From Camelus dromedarius (taxonomy: Eukaryota): a stretch of 64,000 bases of DNA. Within the stretch, counting starts at the first letter, position 1. Each line of letters starts with the position of its first letter. The position numbers and the translations under genes are program-made. The stretch spans positions 1,304,001 to 1,368,000 of the forward strand of contig NC_087438.1 of NCBI RefSeq assembly GCF_036321535.1, in the 5' to 3' direction. Under the pieces are notes generated by a model. The model was given only the letters and a program-made list of their open reading frames with translations. It was not told where the DNA came from and searched no databases. Below, in pieces: positions 24,773 to 37,989 of this stretch.

Positions 24773-27700
24773 GGGCCGGCAGGAGGTGCAGGGCCGAGAC
24801 ATCAGGTCCTGTTCCACCAGCGAGGAGACTGGGCTCCATCCGGCGACCTCCTCCTGAAACCAGGTGTCGGCTCCTCCTCCAGGGATGTCCAAGGCTGCAC
24901 CTGTGCCTCCAACAGGGGGAGAAGCCCCTCTAAGCTCCCGCCCCCACGACAAGGAACAAAAGTGAGCCTGGAGGCTGGCTGGCGGGGCTGGGGCATTTCC
25001 GGCCCCAAGGGAACGCTTGCCCCTCCTGTGTGGCCTGAGTGGCCTCACTGCTGCTTTGACAACAGGCTGGCCCTGGCGTCCCCATCCTGCAGGAGCCCAG
25101 GCCCCTTTCTGAACTAGCCTCTCCCAAGGCTCACAGCGAGGGCTAGACATGAGCCCCCTGGGGAGGCATCCTGGGAGCTGCACCCTCCAGCTGGACCTTT
25201 GGCGGTAGCTTCAGGCAGCATGACACCCAGCACTGGCCCCAAGAGAGGACAACTCTGTGAGCCTCGGTAACCGAGGAGAAGCCAGTCTCAGCTGTGCTCT
25301 GGCTCGTGGAGAAGCAAGCTCACAGCCAAGGGGCTGCCCAGCGTCAGCTGAGCCAAGACAGTGACGTCAGAAGTGGTGCCCCAGCCCACAGCACCAGCTC
25401 AGGGGCCTCCCCGGGGACAGGCAGCAAGAGGAGCCCCCGCTGTGGCCTTGACTCTGCCCAGGTCTCCTCGGAGCCTCTGGAACAGCTGGTGGGAGCTGCG
25501 TCCGCTTCCCCAGGACGCGCCCATGGGAGCGGGTTTTTGGGTCCCGAGGGGGACGCCGTTGGACAGTTCTAGCTGCACTGAGGTGCTCAGGGGTCAGAGC
25601 CCAAGACCTTAGGGTTCCACCCTCGATCAGTTCCCTGAGTTTCTTTTCAAAATGAGACCTCTTTTCCCGCACAGATTCACATTTTCAGTGGATAACGGGT
25701 TTCCACCTGCGTGGCTGCTGTGGGAGGCTTTGAGGGGGACCCCAGGCAGACAAGTTGGGGTGATACTGGGCACATCCCTGGGTTCCGTTTCCTCCAGGCA
25801 CGTCTGAGAGAGAGTCACAGACGTCAATGTTGTCTGCGCATTTAAACAAAATATGATTTTCCTTTAAATATTTAGTAAACCCATCATGATACACTTGGAA
25901 GTAATTGAAAGTCGCAAGGACGCCGTGAGGTTTCCAAGATTTCCATAATGTGAGTTAGCACTCTGGAAATGTCTCCTTGTTGAAAAAGGGCAACAATCAA
26001 AACTACAACCAAAATGCAGACATGCCCTTAACTTTTCTGGTGAACAGTCGTTAAAATTGGTGATCAGGGAAGCCTCGAACGCGCAAAGCGACACCTGCTG
26101 CCGGACAAAAGCTGAGCTGAGGAGACGAGGTGCAGGGAGCGTGCGTGAAGGCCATACCCAAGCACAGCTTTCATGGAGCCCCTCGCTGGGGGAAGTCCAG
26201 TGGATGCGGCCGCACCGGGCACTCCAGCGCCCCGTGGCGCCCGGCCTGGGTTGGCAGCTGACACGGGCGTCCCGTCCGCCCACTGGTCTGGCTGCTGTCT
26301 GCACTTTCTTTCCCCCAAACCGTCCTCTCCCGCAGTATCCCTGGTATCTGCTTAGCCCCCATTTCTCTCTCTCTCTCGAGGGCCGGCACTTTGGGGATGG
26401 GGACCCCGGGGCTGCCAGTGCCGGTGCCTGAGGGCCCTGACCCCCCACCTCCCACCCCCTGGGTGTCTGGACGATGGACCCAGAGGCCCAGAGCTGGGAA
26501 CAGTCCCCGCGTGCGTCCTCTGGGTGGAGAAAACGGAGTCTGGATGCCTGTGTCTTGTTTTCTTCTCGACTGGAACTCACCATTGATGAGCTCACAGTGA
26601 GCAACCCTGAGCAACACAAGAAACCATTAGTAAAATAAATGTGTACTTAGGTATTAATGAAATGAATATTTAGCAGGTTGTTTGGCATCTTTGTTATATC
26701 CTCAAATGTTTAAAAAACAATGAGGTTTATTAAAACTTTAGGCTATGACTCAGTGCAAGGGTTTTCACAATGAAGCTTTTTTCTTAAATTCAGAAAAGAA
26801 GAGATTTGTTTTCTAAAGAGGGTGGGTCAACCGACAGACCAGAGGCTGGAGACGGACGTCCTGGACGGGGAGGGGTGGTGGTGGCAAGATCTGAAGAGTC
26901 CACTGTTCTGTGAAGCTTTGGTCCCTGGTGCAGAAAGCAATCCAGCTACTGTGAGCAAAGGATTCGGAGAGAGAACCTGATCACTGGGTCAGAAACGAAC
27001 CCAAGCCCAGAAAAAAAAGGGCAGAATCTACCCACCAGGGGCTGCTGCAAAGCCAGGCCCCAGAAGACCCCACTGCAACCTGGCAGGAGGGGCCCTGGGA
27101 GCTGCCTTTGCCTGAGCCCTGCACTGAGTGGTCACAGGTGAGCCCATCCACCTGCCTGTGACCCCTCTCTTCTGCAACCACAGTTCCCTGCCCACGTCCC
27201 GGACAGCAGGGGAAAATGAGGTGCTCAGATGAGAGACTCCTGCAGCTCTGTGACGCAGGGGACCACGGTGGGGCTCTCCTGCCCAGAGGGGGACGTTCAC
27301 GCATGCTCCAGCTGCCTGGGGACCCCCCTCGACAGCCCCCTCGGAGAACCCAGGAGCCAGGTACTCAGGACACCCCGCTTCTTATATTTGACAACTGCTT
27401 CTCCTGGTCACGGAAAACAAGCTCCCGATGGCACACGTGGTTACGTATGGCTTATGTCACCCTATTGGACAGAAACACGTGCACACATGGGCACACACAG
27501 GCACACACACGCGCACGCAGGCACCCCTCGCGGAGTTCCTTATTCAAAAGTAAATTGTGCTTGCTGTTGTGTCTTTTCTTTTCTTCTTTTTCAAGTGAGG
27601 GGAAAGTCAGAAAGGTACCTCGTGCCTCCTACCGCCACGGTGGCCTCGGGGAAAGCCTTCTGCAGAAGTTTAAAATAGTGTCAATTTAAAAAGTTTGCGT

Positions 27701-28044
27701 TCTGTGGGCTCTGGGGAAAATCGCAGAGGCCACATGTGTCCTTAATGTTGGTGTGAAACCTTCAGACGAGACTTTGGAAAAGCTTTCTGGAAACTGAGGA
27801 GACTCCCGTTTTCCTGTTTTTCTGTCTAAAAAAAACAAGAAAGAATCCAGGGAGCTGGGATGAAAAGTGGCATTGACGCCCACCGCCTTCAGCACCCCCA
27901 CTCACCTGGAGAGCTCCTCTACCCACAATGCACTAAGTGGATGATTAAAAAGAAATGGGGGTTTAACCGCGGGTAAGCGCGGGGTCCCCAGAGCTTTGCA
28001 GAGCACTGAACCGTGCGTCTACAGCTGTCTCCACACAAGCCCGA

Positions 28045-28600
28045 CATTCTTTATTTATTTGTTATGAAATATTTATGGGTGTTATGAAAGGTTTAAAATA
28101 ATGTGTCTGTCGCTGTCTCCCCTCTGTCTTTCCCACTCGCCCGCGCACCGCTTCTAATGCATAAATCATCCGGGGCTCTGGACAGTGGGCTGCGCATTAG
28201 GTGGGCGTATGTGCTGTATCACATTTTTTCTGCCTGAGAGAAAATATCATTCTTAGTAATTTTCTACACTTATACAATCGGCGTCGACAGTAAATAATTG
28301 ATGTATGAATTTAGGACTAAACTCCAACACAATATGACTTTATGTCAAGGGTTACTCCCAGCAGATTTTGAGCTAAATCATCTTGCAAAATGGGTTCTTT
28401 CAGTGGGAGAAAAAAAGCTTTTTGAAATTATTTTAATGGAAAGCGGGACCTCCGTGCAGCTCTTCTTTTGATGAGGTCTTGCTTTGCATGGCTGGTAATA
28501 AAGCTGAGCAACCCACCCGTTATGAGATTGGAAATGTTTCATTTGTGATCACAAATGGATTCTTTTAAGACTGACATGGCTGTTTTGATTTGGCTCATCC
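28045..28600. promoter_or_regulatory. Candidate conserved non-coding element (developmental enhancer-like)
   Basis: AT-rich unique block with CATAAATCA (reverse complement TGATTTATG, 28160-28168), GTAAATA (28290-28296), CTAAATCA (28373-28380), GTAATAAA (28495-28502) and an 18-bp palindrome (28540-28557). Confidence 0.5.
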
Positions 28601-29724
28601 TTTTTTCTTTTCCTTTTTCCGTCTCCTTTTTTGGCGGGGTTGGGGGTGTCTCTGTGTGTGTACATGCGTGCGGGTGTGACAGCGTGTGTGGGTGGGAGGC
28701 TGCCCTCTGCTTCTCATCCTAGTGTCTTCTCTGGAAAGTACAATTGTGATTTAAATTACAAGCTGGATATATTTGCAACTTAAAGATGTCTAACTCGCAG
28801 AAAGCCTTCAGATAAAGGACCACACGTGCCCTCCCATTACTGCAATTAAAACTCTTTTCATCCTGAAAAGAGAACGTTTCCTGCAGACCAGGAGAGGGAG
28901 AGGGGGCTTTGGAGGAGAAACCTTTCATGGGATCTCAGAAGGGAAACGCTTTGTATCTTTACAGCTTCAGCTGATGCCCAGACAAGAAGATCAAAGAAAG
29001 TAAATCAGGCAAAAGGCCCGCAGTGAGCCTCTGCTTGTTGCACTGTGCTCTGGGCCAGCGGAGACTTGAAACTGTCGGAAATCTTTCTTCATGTGACATC
29101 ATTTTTATGGAAACTAAGATACAAGACTAGAGTTCAAAGTGAGGCCCTCTCATCTTTGAAAGAAAATAAATATTTTTTCTAGTACTCACGTTTGCATAAA
29201 ATTTTATTTATTTGTTTTTAGACCCCTTGTTTCTTTTTTTAAAATATTCATATCTTTCTATACTAATTTAATTACAGGTATCATATAAATTAGGAGAACT
29301 GGTGAAAACTTAAACTTCCTGAAGAAATCCCGTGACACCAGCAGCACCAGCGGTGAAAGTTAAGTTAACCGCCCCCGAGCCCCTCTCCCAAGCCGCCCCC
29401 TGCTCTCCCTTCCACAGTTTCTGCTCCATCCTCGCTCGGAGGACCACACGTCTCTACTTCATTCCATAGGTGGCACTCATGTCTCTGCGCACGACGTTCT
29501 GAAGAAATTCCAGGACAAAAACTGGTTCGTAAGAAAGTCCTCGCTCTCAGAGGAGCGTATTGATTTCTGGAAAGTAGAACAGATTGCTTTAAAAACACAT
29601 TTCAGATAAGCCTTCTTAACTCGGTTTATTTAACTTCTACCTTTACTTACGGTGGTGGTGAGTGATTTGAAGATCGCCAACCAAGGGGTTTTACATGACA
29701 GAGTCTGGGCCAAACTCCTAGGTT

Positions 29725-29965
29725 CGTGTGTGCACTCACATGCGTGCACATGTTGGGTGTGTGCACGTGTGTGTGTGCATGCGTATCTGTGGTTTTCTCG
29801 GTGTTCAGGCAGAGACGGAGGCGTTCAGGGTACAGCAACCTGGCCAGAGCCACCTGGCCAGAGCCACCAGGTGGGCATGGGTCCGGCCACAGGCACCCAG
29901 GCCTCCTCCTGTGTGTGTGCATATGCATGTGTGTGTCTGTGTGTACATGCACGTGTGCACAAAGT
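29725..29965. repeat. Two degenerate (TG/CA)n alternating purine-pyrimidine patches
   Basis: tgtgtgcactcacatgcgtgcacatg... at ~29726-29790 and tgtgtgtgtgcatatgcatgtgtgtg... at ~29910-29960. Confidence 0.85.
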
Positions 29966-31454
29966 GCCACTTCTTGGCATGTGTGCTAATGGGAGCTACT
30001 AGAGCTGGGGGGACGGGGAGGTCTGTCTGCACAAAGATGCTGACCGCTGTGATTCTGCAACGGTTTCCTCGTCAGGCTGGAAAACAGAATCTGAATCTCG
30101 GAGCTCGGTAACCCAAAGACCATCTTGTCCAAAGGCTTTGTTTTCTATACGAAGAAGCCAGTGGGTTCAGGCAGCTTGCCCCCAACCACAGTCTGGTGCC
30201 TGGAGCACACATGTGACGTCTTGGGTCCCCGACCCCAGGACGTTCCCTCCAGAGGTCAGGGGTCCTTCCCCAAGAGTGGAACTCAGGGACATCCTCCCGA
30301 GAGGCCCAGCTGTGGTGGGGTCGTGGGTCGGCCGTGCCCTGTTCTGCTGCCGGGACTCGTGCCCAGGCTGGAGTGCCCACCCCGGAGGTCCGGCTGTCCC
30401 TGAGGCTCCTTCCCGGGTGGGAAGGGGGGACCAAGACGCAGGGTTGCAGGGCCACACTGCTCACCTCCCACCGTCGCTGGAGGCGGTGGGTGGGGGAGGG
30501 TGGAGAGGGACGGCCTGCAGGCCTGCTGGACCCCCGGGCCGCCAGGGCTTCCGGCAGAAGGCGCTTCACAGTTGGGGGCCGAGCGTCCGCCTTCACGGCC
30601 TCTGCTGACGAGGCCGGCATTTCCCCAGGAGAAAGGCTGACTTGTGCTGAGTTTGGTGGCTTCAGATGCCCATCCCGGAGCCTCGGCGCCATCCTCACTC
30701 TCTGAGATAGGCAGATGCTGTGTGCGGCGGGGAGGGAAGCGTACCCACGTGGGGCCATCCCACCCTGATGGTGTCTGGTGGGTGACGTTAGGGAGCTCAG
30801 CAGGGCAGCCACCCCCACAAGCGTCCCAGCAGGTGGCAGGTGTGGCCGAGACCCCAGGGCTCTCTGGGTCCCAAGCCTGAGCCACCACGGGCCCCACACT
30901 GGACACTTGGGCTTGGCCTCATCGGGAGACCCTGGGGGCCTGGAGTGGAGAGGGGCCGCTGCCCTGGCCCTGCGTCCTGGCAGAAAGTGACAGCTTTGTC
31001 CTCCAGCAGGACGAGGTTGCACCCTCCCTCAGACCACCCTTGACCACATCGCCCCCACCATGGTCTCTGTCCAGGGTCCCCCTGACAGAAGTGGTCCTGG
31101 CCACTGACAAAGGCCGCCTGGTCTGCTGATGTCCGGGAGGTCACTCTGAGGTCGCTGCTTCTGCCTCCTGACACTGGGGCTTCTGGAAGCTCGGCCTTAA
31201 TGAATGAGGTGCCCTGCACGGCTGAGGGCAGGGCAGCATCAGGCCTGTGTGTCCTTCACCCCCGAACCCCTGTGCTCCAGACCCGGAGCTCTGCTGCCCA
31301 GCTGGGGCGTCCGTCCTGCTGGGTCCCTCAGCCATCTTCCCAGACCACAGTCCCCCGCTGGGCTTGGTCCCCAGCTGTGTTTCCATCCCCGCACACCTGG
31401 GACGCAGGTAAAAGCCCCCGGCCCAAGTGGTGGTCTGCTGGTGTGACGGGGTAC

Positions 31455-31800
31455 GTCTGTGTGTGTGTGTGTGTGTGTGCCTGTGAGTGTGTATCTGTAA
31501 GCATGTTTGTGTAAATTTTTTGTGTGCATGACGTACATGTGTACATGAGTGCATGTGCAGTGCGTGCATGTGTGTATGTGTGCATAGTGCATATGTATAT
31601 GTGCATGCATATGTGTGCATGTATGTGTATTTGTGCACACAGGTACATGAATGTGTGCATATATGCACAGCTGTGTGTGTGCAGGTTTGTGTGTGCATGT
31701 GAGTGTGTATGTGCATATGTGTACATGTGTGAGTTTGCACTGTGTAAGTGAGTGTGTACATGTGGGTAAGTGTGCGTGTGTGTGTGTGTGTGTGTGTGTA
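31455..31800. repeat. Long degenerate (TG)n/(TGCA)n microsatellite
   Basis: About 345 bp of near-continuous purine-pyrimidine alternation with pure (TG)n runs at both ends. Confidence 0.95.
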
Positions 31801-34261
31801 ACGTGCACAGCTACAGGCGGGGGGCGGCCCCAGGGCAGAGGGGTCACGGTGGGGAAATCACTGGTCCTCTGGGCTCCGCCCCTTTCCCGCCTGTCCTCCT
31901 GGGCTGGGGGTATCCTGGGTCCACCCTGGACCAACACGGCCAGCACCATGTGCCCTGGACTCAGGGGAGCTCGGGTCCATCACTGTGATGAGGCTGTCTG
32001 TCTCTCGCACGATGCCGGTGTCCTGACTCTCTCTGTTGCTGGTCGTGGGTGCAGAAGCAGTGTGATGGGGCACAGGGTACATTCACATCTGGAGGCTGTT
32101 CTGTTTTCACAGAACACTGGGCTGGAGTCAGACAGGCCGGGGGCCAAGGCCCGCGGGGGCGCCCACCACCCGATATTCTCAGTGAAGCTCCTGTGGTACC
32201 TGGGGTCAGCCCCCACCCCTCTGACCCTGCAGACAAGGCTGGGTCGGTATCTGCCCTGCTCCTGGTCCAGGCGTCCACACAGGCCTCACCCACCCAGAGA
32301 TCCTCCCTGACCACCCTCTGCTTCCAAGCCCCATCCCTGTCTGTCCCACATTTTCTTGAAAGAAATCAGTACACACTCATTTGTCTAATTTCTCCCTGAC
32401 TGTCCCCCACCCAGGAGAACCCATGTCCAGCAAGGGCATCGTGGCCTCTTTGCTCCACTGTTCTTCCACATCGTCAGCCTGCGTCTGAGCCCAGTGGGGA
32501 CCCAGTGCCCGTCCGCAATAATGAGCGAGTGGATGAGGGAGCACAGGGATGGTGGGGGCGATTCCGAGAGCTTGTGCCCTGGGTGAGGACCGCCCGACCT
32601 CCGGGCTTGCTGACATCCAGGAAACAGCTCACACGGTGCCATCAGCGGTCTACCTGCGGGGTCAGGGATCTGCCGTGACATCTGGGCCACACTGTGAGAC
32701 CCCAGAGGTGTCCTGACAGCTTGGGACTCAGGTGGGGAGCCGCCTGGTCACTGGCGGTGGAAGTCCCCCTTCCTGCATTGGGGACGCAGGCACGCCTTCC
32801 GAGATATCCCCAAGCCTGAGAAGCGGCCGGACCCCGGTCCTCGGCTCCTCGGGCAGGAAGGGAGGAAGGACGGGGTCTGATTCTTGGATCCCAGACCCAC
32901 AGCGGCTTTGCTGAAAGCCCTTCCTCAGGGCCACGCCTGCACGGGCACACGGCCCCGGCGCAGCGCCAGCAGCCTGCAGGCGAGTGCTCTTTTGGGGGGT
33001 GGCCCCTCGCTGCTCTCTCTGCTCAGGGTCCGCGGGTGCGGGCCGGATGGAAGACCCCGCTTCCTAAGCAGGAGCAGGCGGTCCCGGGCGCGTGGGGGGC
33101 CCGGGCCTGGGTCCGCAGGGACTCGGAGGGTCGCCTGTGAGTCACAGAAACTGGGCAGAAGCCGCGCAGCTGCCCCGCAGAGGTCTCGGCCAGGGGATCC
33201 CACGGAGCAGCGAGGGCCCCGAAGTCGCGGGGCCACTTCCAAAGTTTGTCTCGCTGCCTGTGGATGGGGGACTTCTAAGCAGAGCACTGGCCGGGTTATA
33301 GCCGAGGGAAAATGTGGGCAAGGGGTCTCCCAGGTTTGGAAGCCGTAAATGTAATCTCTGGCTCCCCAAGCTGGTGCGCTGGGGACCCTCAGCGACAGTC
33401 CGTGAGCAGCGTGGGAGGGGCTGTGGGCTTGGGGAGCCTCCCGGGGACCCCGGTTCTGGTTCTCCTGCACCACACTTGGCCAATTAACAGACGCCGCTCC
33501 TGCACGCGGTGCCCGGGACGCTCAGGAGGCGGCCGCTGGGAGCACAGGAGAGCAGTGCCAAGGCCACGCTGCTGTTTTTAATTCTTTGGAGAACCAATTC
33601 AAACAGAAGATGTAATTAAAAATTTGTAAATAGAAGCCCCGAAAGCACTCCCTTTGGCGCCTGTGTGCGTATCTTGGATATTTGCTTAACAAATCATCAT
33701 GTAGCCGTTTTGTAGGTAAAACATCTTAACTCCTATGTGGTGGTGGCTCGTCAGCCTGTGAAACTGCCCACCATGTCCCTCCCTGGGTGGGACCCCTTGC
33801 CTGGGCCTCAGTCTTGAGAATTTACAGCATGAGGGGGTCTCCCAGCAGAGCAGTCCCGGCTCCCTGTCCCGCCTTCCTGGCTGTGGGGCCAGGGTCCTCC
33901 TGCGGGAATGTCACCTCCAGAGGCCTGCTTTAAGGGGGCTCCAGGGGCAGGGGCTCTGCACAGGCGGTGGTGGTCCTGGGGCTTGCAGAGTGAATCACTG
34001 ACGCAAGAGAAAGTTCAGATTAGGCTTCTGGCGGTCAGGTCAGCGGCCCAAGGGGTGAGGACCCCCAGGCCACGTGGGGCCTGGGCCCTGGGCTTCGTGG
34101 GACTCTCTGCAGTGGTCACCTCGTCCAGACGCTGAGAGAGCAGCCACAAAGAGCTCATCCTTCTGCGCAAAGACTCACCGGCTCAGGGCCTCCCGAGCAG
34201 GGGCCCTTGTGTTGGTTCTTCAAGCTCAACGAGCAGGAAAGCATGGGGAGAAGTGGGAAAG

Positions 34262-34400
34262 GTGTGAGTGCATGTGAGTGTGTGTGAGTGGGTGAGCATG
34301 TGTGTGTGAATGTGTCTGTGTGAGTGTGTGGTCGTGCCTGTGTGCGTGCGAGTGTGCGTGTGAGTCTGTCTGTGTGGGAGTGTGCATGTGGTGTGTGTGA
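34262..34400. repeat. Degenerate (TG)n/(TGAG)n simple repeat
   Basis: gtgtgagtgcatgtgagtgtgtgtgagtg...gtgtgtgtga. Confidence 0.9.
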
Positions 34401-35779
34401 CAGTTTACTAACGGCTTATGGTCTTGATCTGGCAGATTTTCTTTAGCTGACTTTTGAAATGGGGACTCGTGAGCAGAAAGGAACGCACCCTCCGGAGCCC
34501 CTGGCGGGACTGAGAGCTGGTCCCCTGTGCACTCAGCCGGGGGGCCCGGTCCCTCCTGCTCAGAACCACAGGCTTTCCCAGGGAGCCCAGACCAGGTCAC
34601 CCCGAGGTTCAGCCTGGGCCCCAAGCTGCTCAGGCAGGTGTCGGGTCAGCCTGGAGTGTTCAATTCAGTGGAAGAGACAGTTGTCCAAAAGCAAAGCATC
34701 CAAAACCAAAGCCACGGCTTCCCAGGTGCTGCCTGGGGCACGGCAGGGGCTTGGTGCAGCTCCCCCTCTTCCCCGAGGCTGGCTCTGAGTGGCTCTGATG
34801 CTGCCGAGAGCCTCCGGGACCTGGGAAGTGAGAAGGTGACCAATGGGTGTGGCTGCCCTTGGGAAGGCCGGCAGGCTGCGTGGTGACCCGCGAAGGGTCC
34901 CCTGCCCTGGGTTGGTGGGCAGCCGCGTCTGGCCACAGGGTCTGGGGCCGAGCTGCGGGTGGGTCCCTGGAGGCCACCACGGCTCACCAAGAGACGGGCG
35001 CCCTTCCAGCCCCCCAGTGCACACATTGGGATCAGACTCTGACAACCACGTTTAGAAGAGGAACAGAGGTACAGACGAAACAGAGGAAGCTCCAGTGCAG
35101 CCTCACTTGGACTCGTTGCCTAATACTTATTTCTAAATGAACACAACCTACTCCAGAGTCCTTTAATGTAATAAAAATATAGCTCAGGGTCAGGTATGAA
35201 ATTAATGATACAAATTCAAAGCCGTGACGCTCAGTGGGATGAAACACTTCAATGAAGAAATAATCAAACCCTGTGACCAGACCCGAGTGGAGGAGGAGAG
35301 GCGTGCGAACAGCCCCAACAGCAATCTGCTACGAAGGAACCATGGAAACATGTGTAAAATATTTATTTTTAATAATATGAATGCCCTATTTCTTAAAACT
35401 AAAGTAAGATTAGACTCTTAAATTATTATCAAAGCTTTGCACTGATGCAAATGCCACTGCTTCGTGTGGCGGAAACGCTGATTTTATTATCTTAATTTGT
35501 GCAGTTCAGTCTCTTCTCTGTTTTATTCTTTTTAAAGTTAAGTGAGTGGCAACGAGGCGGCTTTGGGGTTTCATTTATACGAAGTGAAATCTGTGGTATC
35601 AAATACCCAGCTCGGAAATTTGACAGATCTAATCACTGTGGGGCCGGAACAATTTCCCACATCTCAGGACTCTTGAAAGGACCCGCTAAGACCAATGGAG
35701 GCTTACAAAGTGCAAATGTGGGAGGACATGTTTCAGGACGCGGAAGGCACGAGTCCCGATGTCACGTGCAGGTGACACA

Positions 35780-36550
35780 CTCCAGGAAAATGAAACTGAC
35801 CATGGCATCACCTCAGATATGACTCGTTTGCAGGCAAAGGCAGAGCAGCATCGTGACTGCAGAGTCCCATCCTGGGCGTGGGGCCGGCACGCAGCCCAGG
35901 CAGGGGGGGTCCCAGAGGCCGACAGTGCGTTCTTGTCACGCACGGCCCTGCAGGGACCCCTGGGGGCTCTGTCCCCTGGCCCAGGCAGAGGCTCCTGGGT
36001 CTGAGGATCTCTCAGGGAACAGTGACCTTGCAGTGGGACTGGGCCGTCAGACTCTGGCAGAGGTGGCATCCGGGGTGGCCTGCGATGTGTGAGTGCACAT
36101 GCTTAAAGTCAGGTACTGCGGAGCAGTCTGCCACGGTGAAAGGTCTGGAAGAGCCCAGACAGGCAGCACAGAGGAGGGCCGATTACCGTGTGTTCACAAA
36201 ACAGGTTCGTGCGAAGCCCCCTTAGAGACACAGTTTTGAGGATATTTAAACAAATGGCAATAGTGGTAATTACGCGCTCAGTGAAGAAGGCAAGATGGAA
36301 ACGACGTGTCTGTTCGCTGCAGGGAGGTACTTCCGCGTGCGCACAGAGTGTGCGTGAAAATCAGTGTATGTGTTTCATATGCTTGACTATAAATGTGAAA
36401 ATACACAGGCACGTTCACACACCAAAATGCCTGGCAGGAAAGGTAAACATAGACGGTTCCCCTGTGATTTATTTTTGTTTTCCTTTTTACCTTTTTTCTG
36501 TTGAAAACTTCTGCGGTGACTATAGATTCATTCCATAATTTGACAAACGG
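35780..36550 (+). mobile_element. Highly diverged L1ME-like ORF2 end and 3' UTR
   Basis: Blocks such as ggtgaaaggtctggaagagcccagac, gttttgaggatatttaaacaaatgg, ctcagtgaagaaggcaagatggaa and the T-rich tail gatttatttttgttttcctttttacc...cattccataatt follow the order of L1ME 3' ends. Confidence 0.5.
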
Positions 36551-37989
36551 TTTCTTCAAACAGATGTTATGAAAATGTGAAAACGCCCCGGCAGCAGAAG
36601 GAGGGAGCGGCACCGTGGCACCCTCCAGGGCCTCCGGTATTTCCATGTTTTGAAAATTCACAGATTTGATAGATAAGAAATACTATTTCCTGATTGTTTG
36701 TATCAACTTACTTAAGACTCTTGAGATGCTGGCCGCTCGAGCAGACGCCTCTCTGAGCGCTCTGTCCAGGCTCTGCAACGCCTGCGGAGGGCTCAGCATT
36801 TGTTCTCACGATTTACAAGGGGTTTAAAAAACCTCATCTGTTGCAATATTCTCTCAGTGCGTGAGGCACTTAGTTTTATATTTAAATGTGCAAATATGCT
36901 AATTGCACACGTGGTCAGAGGCATCAATGAGCATTTGCACATTTCTTCAGAAACTTACATGCTTGGAAAGTCCTTTTGCATCCAGAGACTAGTGACCCCA
37001 CTTTTTCTGCGGCTCATGTGGCTGTGTTTTTTTGCGTTTAGCGTTTTCAACTCTCTTGTCTTCATTACGAACGTCCTGTTTGTTTGCAATACCTAATCAT
37101 CACGTATTAAATGCTAATATTCATTTCCTGGTGGGTGTATCTCTTCTTTATTTGCATATTTTGGAATCAAAGCCAAACTTGAATAATACCAATAACCTTA
37201 AAATGTATTTAACAATCTTCCAGGTTAAATAATCTTTCTTTACAAAACGGAGAGTAAGGGAGGGGAAGGGAGGGGCAGAAAAAGCTGTTTGCGGTTATTT
37301 TGTTATTTCAGATACGTTTTTAGAAACACAGTCACATTTGCCTCCAAAATTGTTCCCACAATTCCTTAAATTCAAACAACCTGCAAACTTTCAGTTTCTC
37401 CTTTGACCCAAACTCTCCTAAATCTTTCCATTTATAAAAGCACTTTTCCTCACACAATTTCTACGCGTTTCTTGATTTTTTGCTGCTGTTGCTGTGTGAT
37501 AAGTTGAATGTCCTCCCGCCCCCCTCCCCCCCCCCCGTCGCATGTTCTAAATGAGCATTTCCGTTCAAAGTAAAGCCTGCGACCTGGGACCTTCGTGCAC
37601 GTGAGTCTCCACCCGCTGTCCTGAAGGCGCTTACTCTGTTTTTTAGCGATTCTTTGGCAGAGTCACGCAAACGACCCAAACCACAAGACCAGCAAAGGAT
37701 CCTTTTATTTCCTTCTTTGCCTCTGATTTCTGATTCATGGCCGTGCATCAGTCATGACATTTATTTAGCATCTTAAGTTTATAAACTTCACGTGTATCAT
37801 CTGATTTAACTCTCAGATTCTCCCAAAAGAAACAAACACAAACCCACCCCAAGCGCAGGGCCAGCTGGTGGCAGAGGCAGAGCTCAGACTGAGACCGGGG
37901 GTCCCCGAGCCCAGGGGGAGCTGGGGCGCGGCTGCACTGTGCTTCCGCGGGCTTCGGTGGAGACACTCGGGAACTGTTGCTGGCGATGG

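Noticed and set aside
24239..25183. 314-aa proline-rich ORF
   Set aside because: The Pro repeats are the translation of the G-rich VNTR, and the rest is low-complexity GC-driven sequence.
30072..31022. 316-aa minus-strand ORF
   Set aside because: No domain similarity recognised, and its composition is typical of chance GC-rich ORFs.
31141..31949. His/Thr- or Cys/Val-rich ORFs resembling metal-binding proteins
   Set aside because: They are translations of (CA/TG)n repeats. The same applies at 29.7-30.0, 45.6-46.1 and 47.0-47.7 kb.
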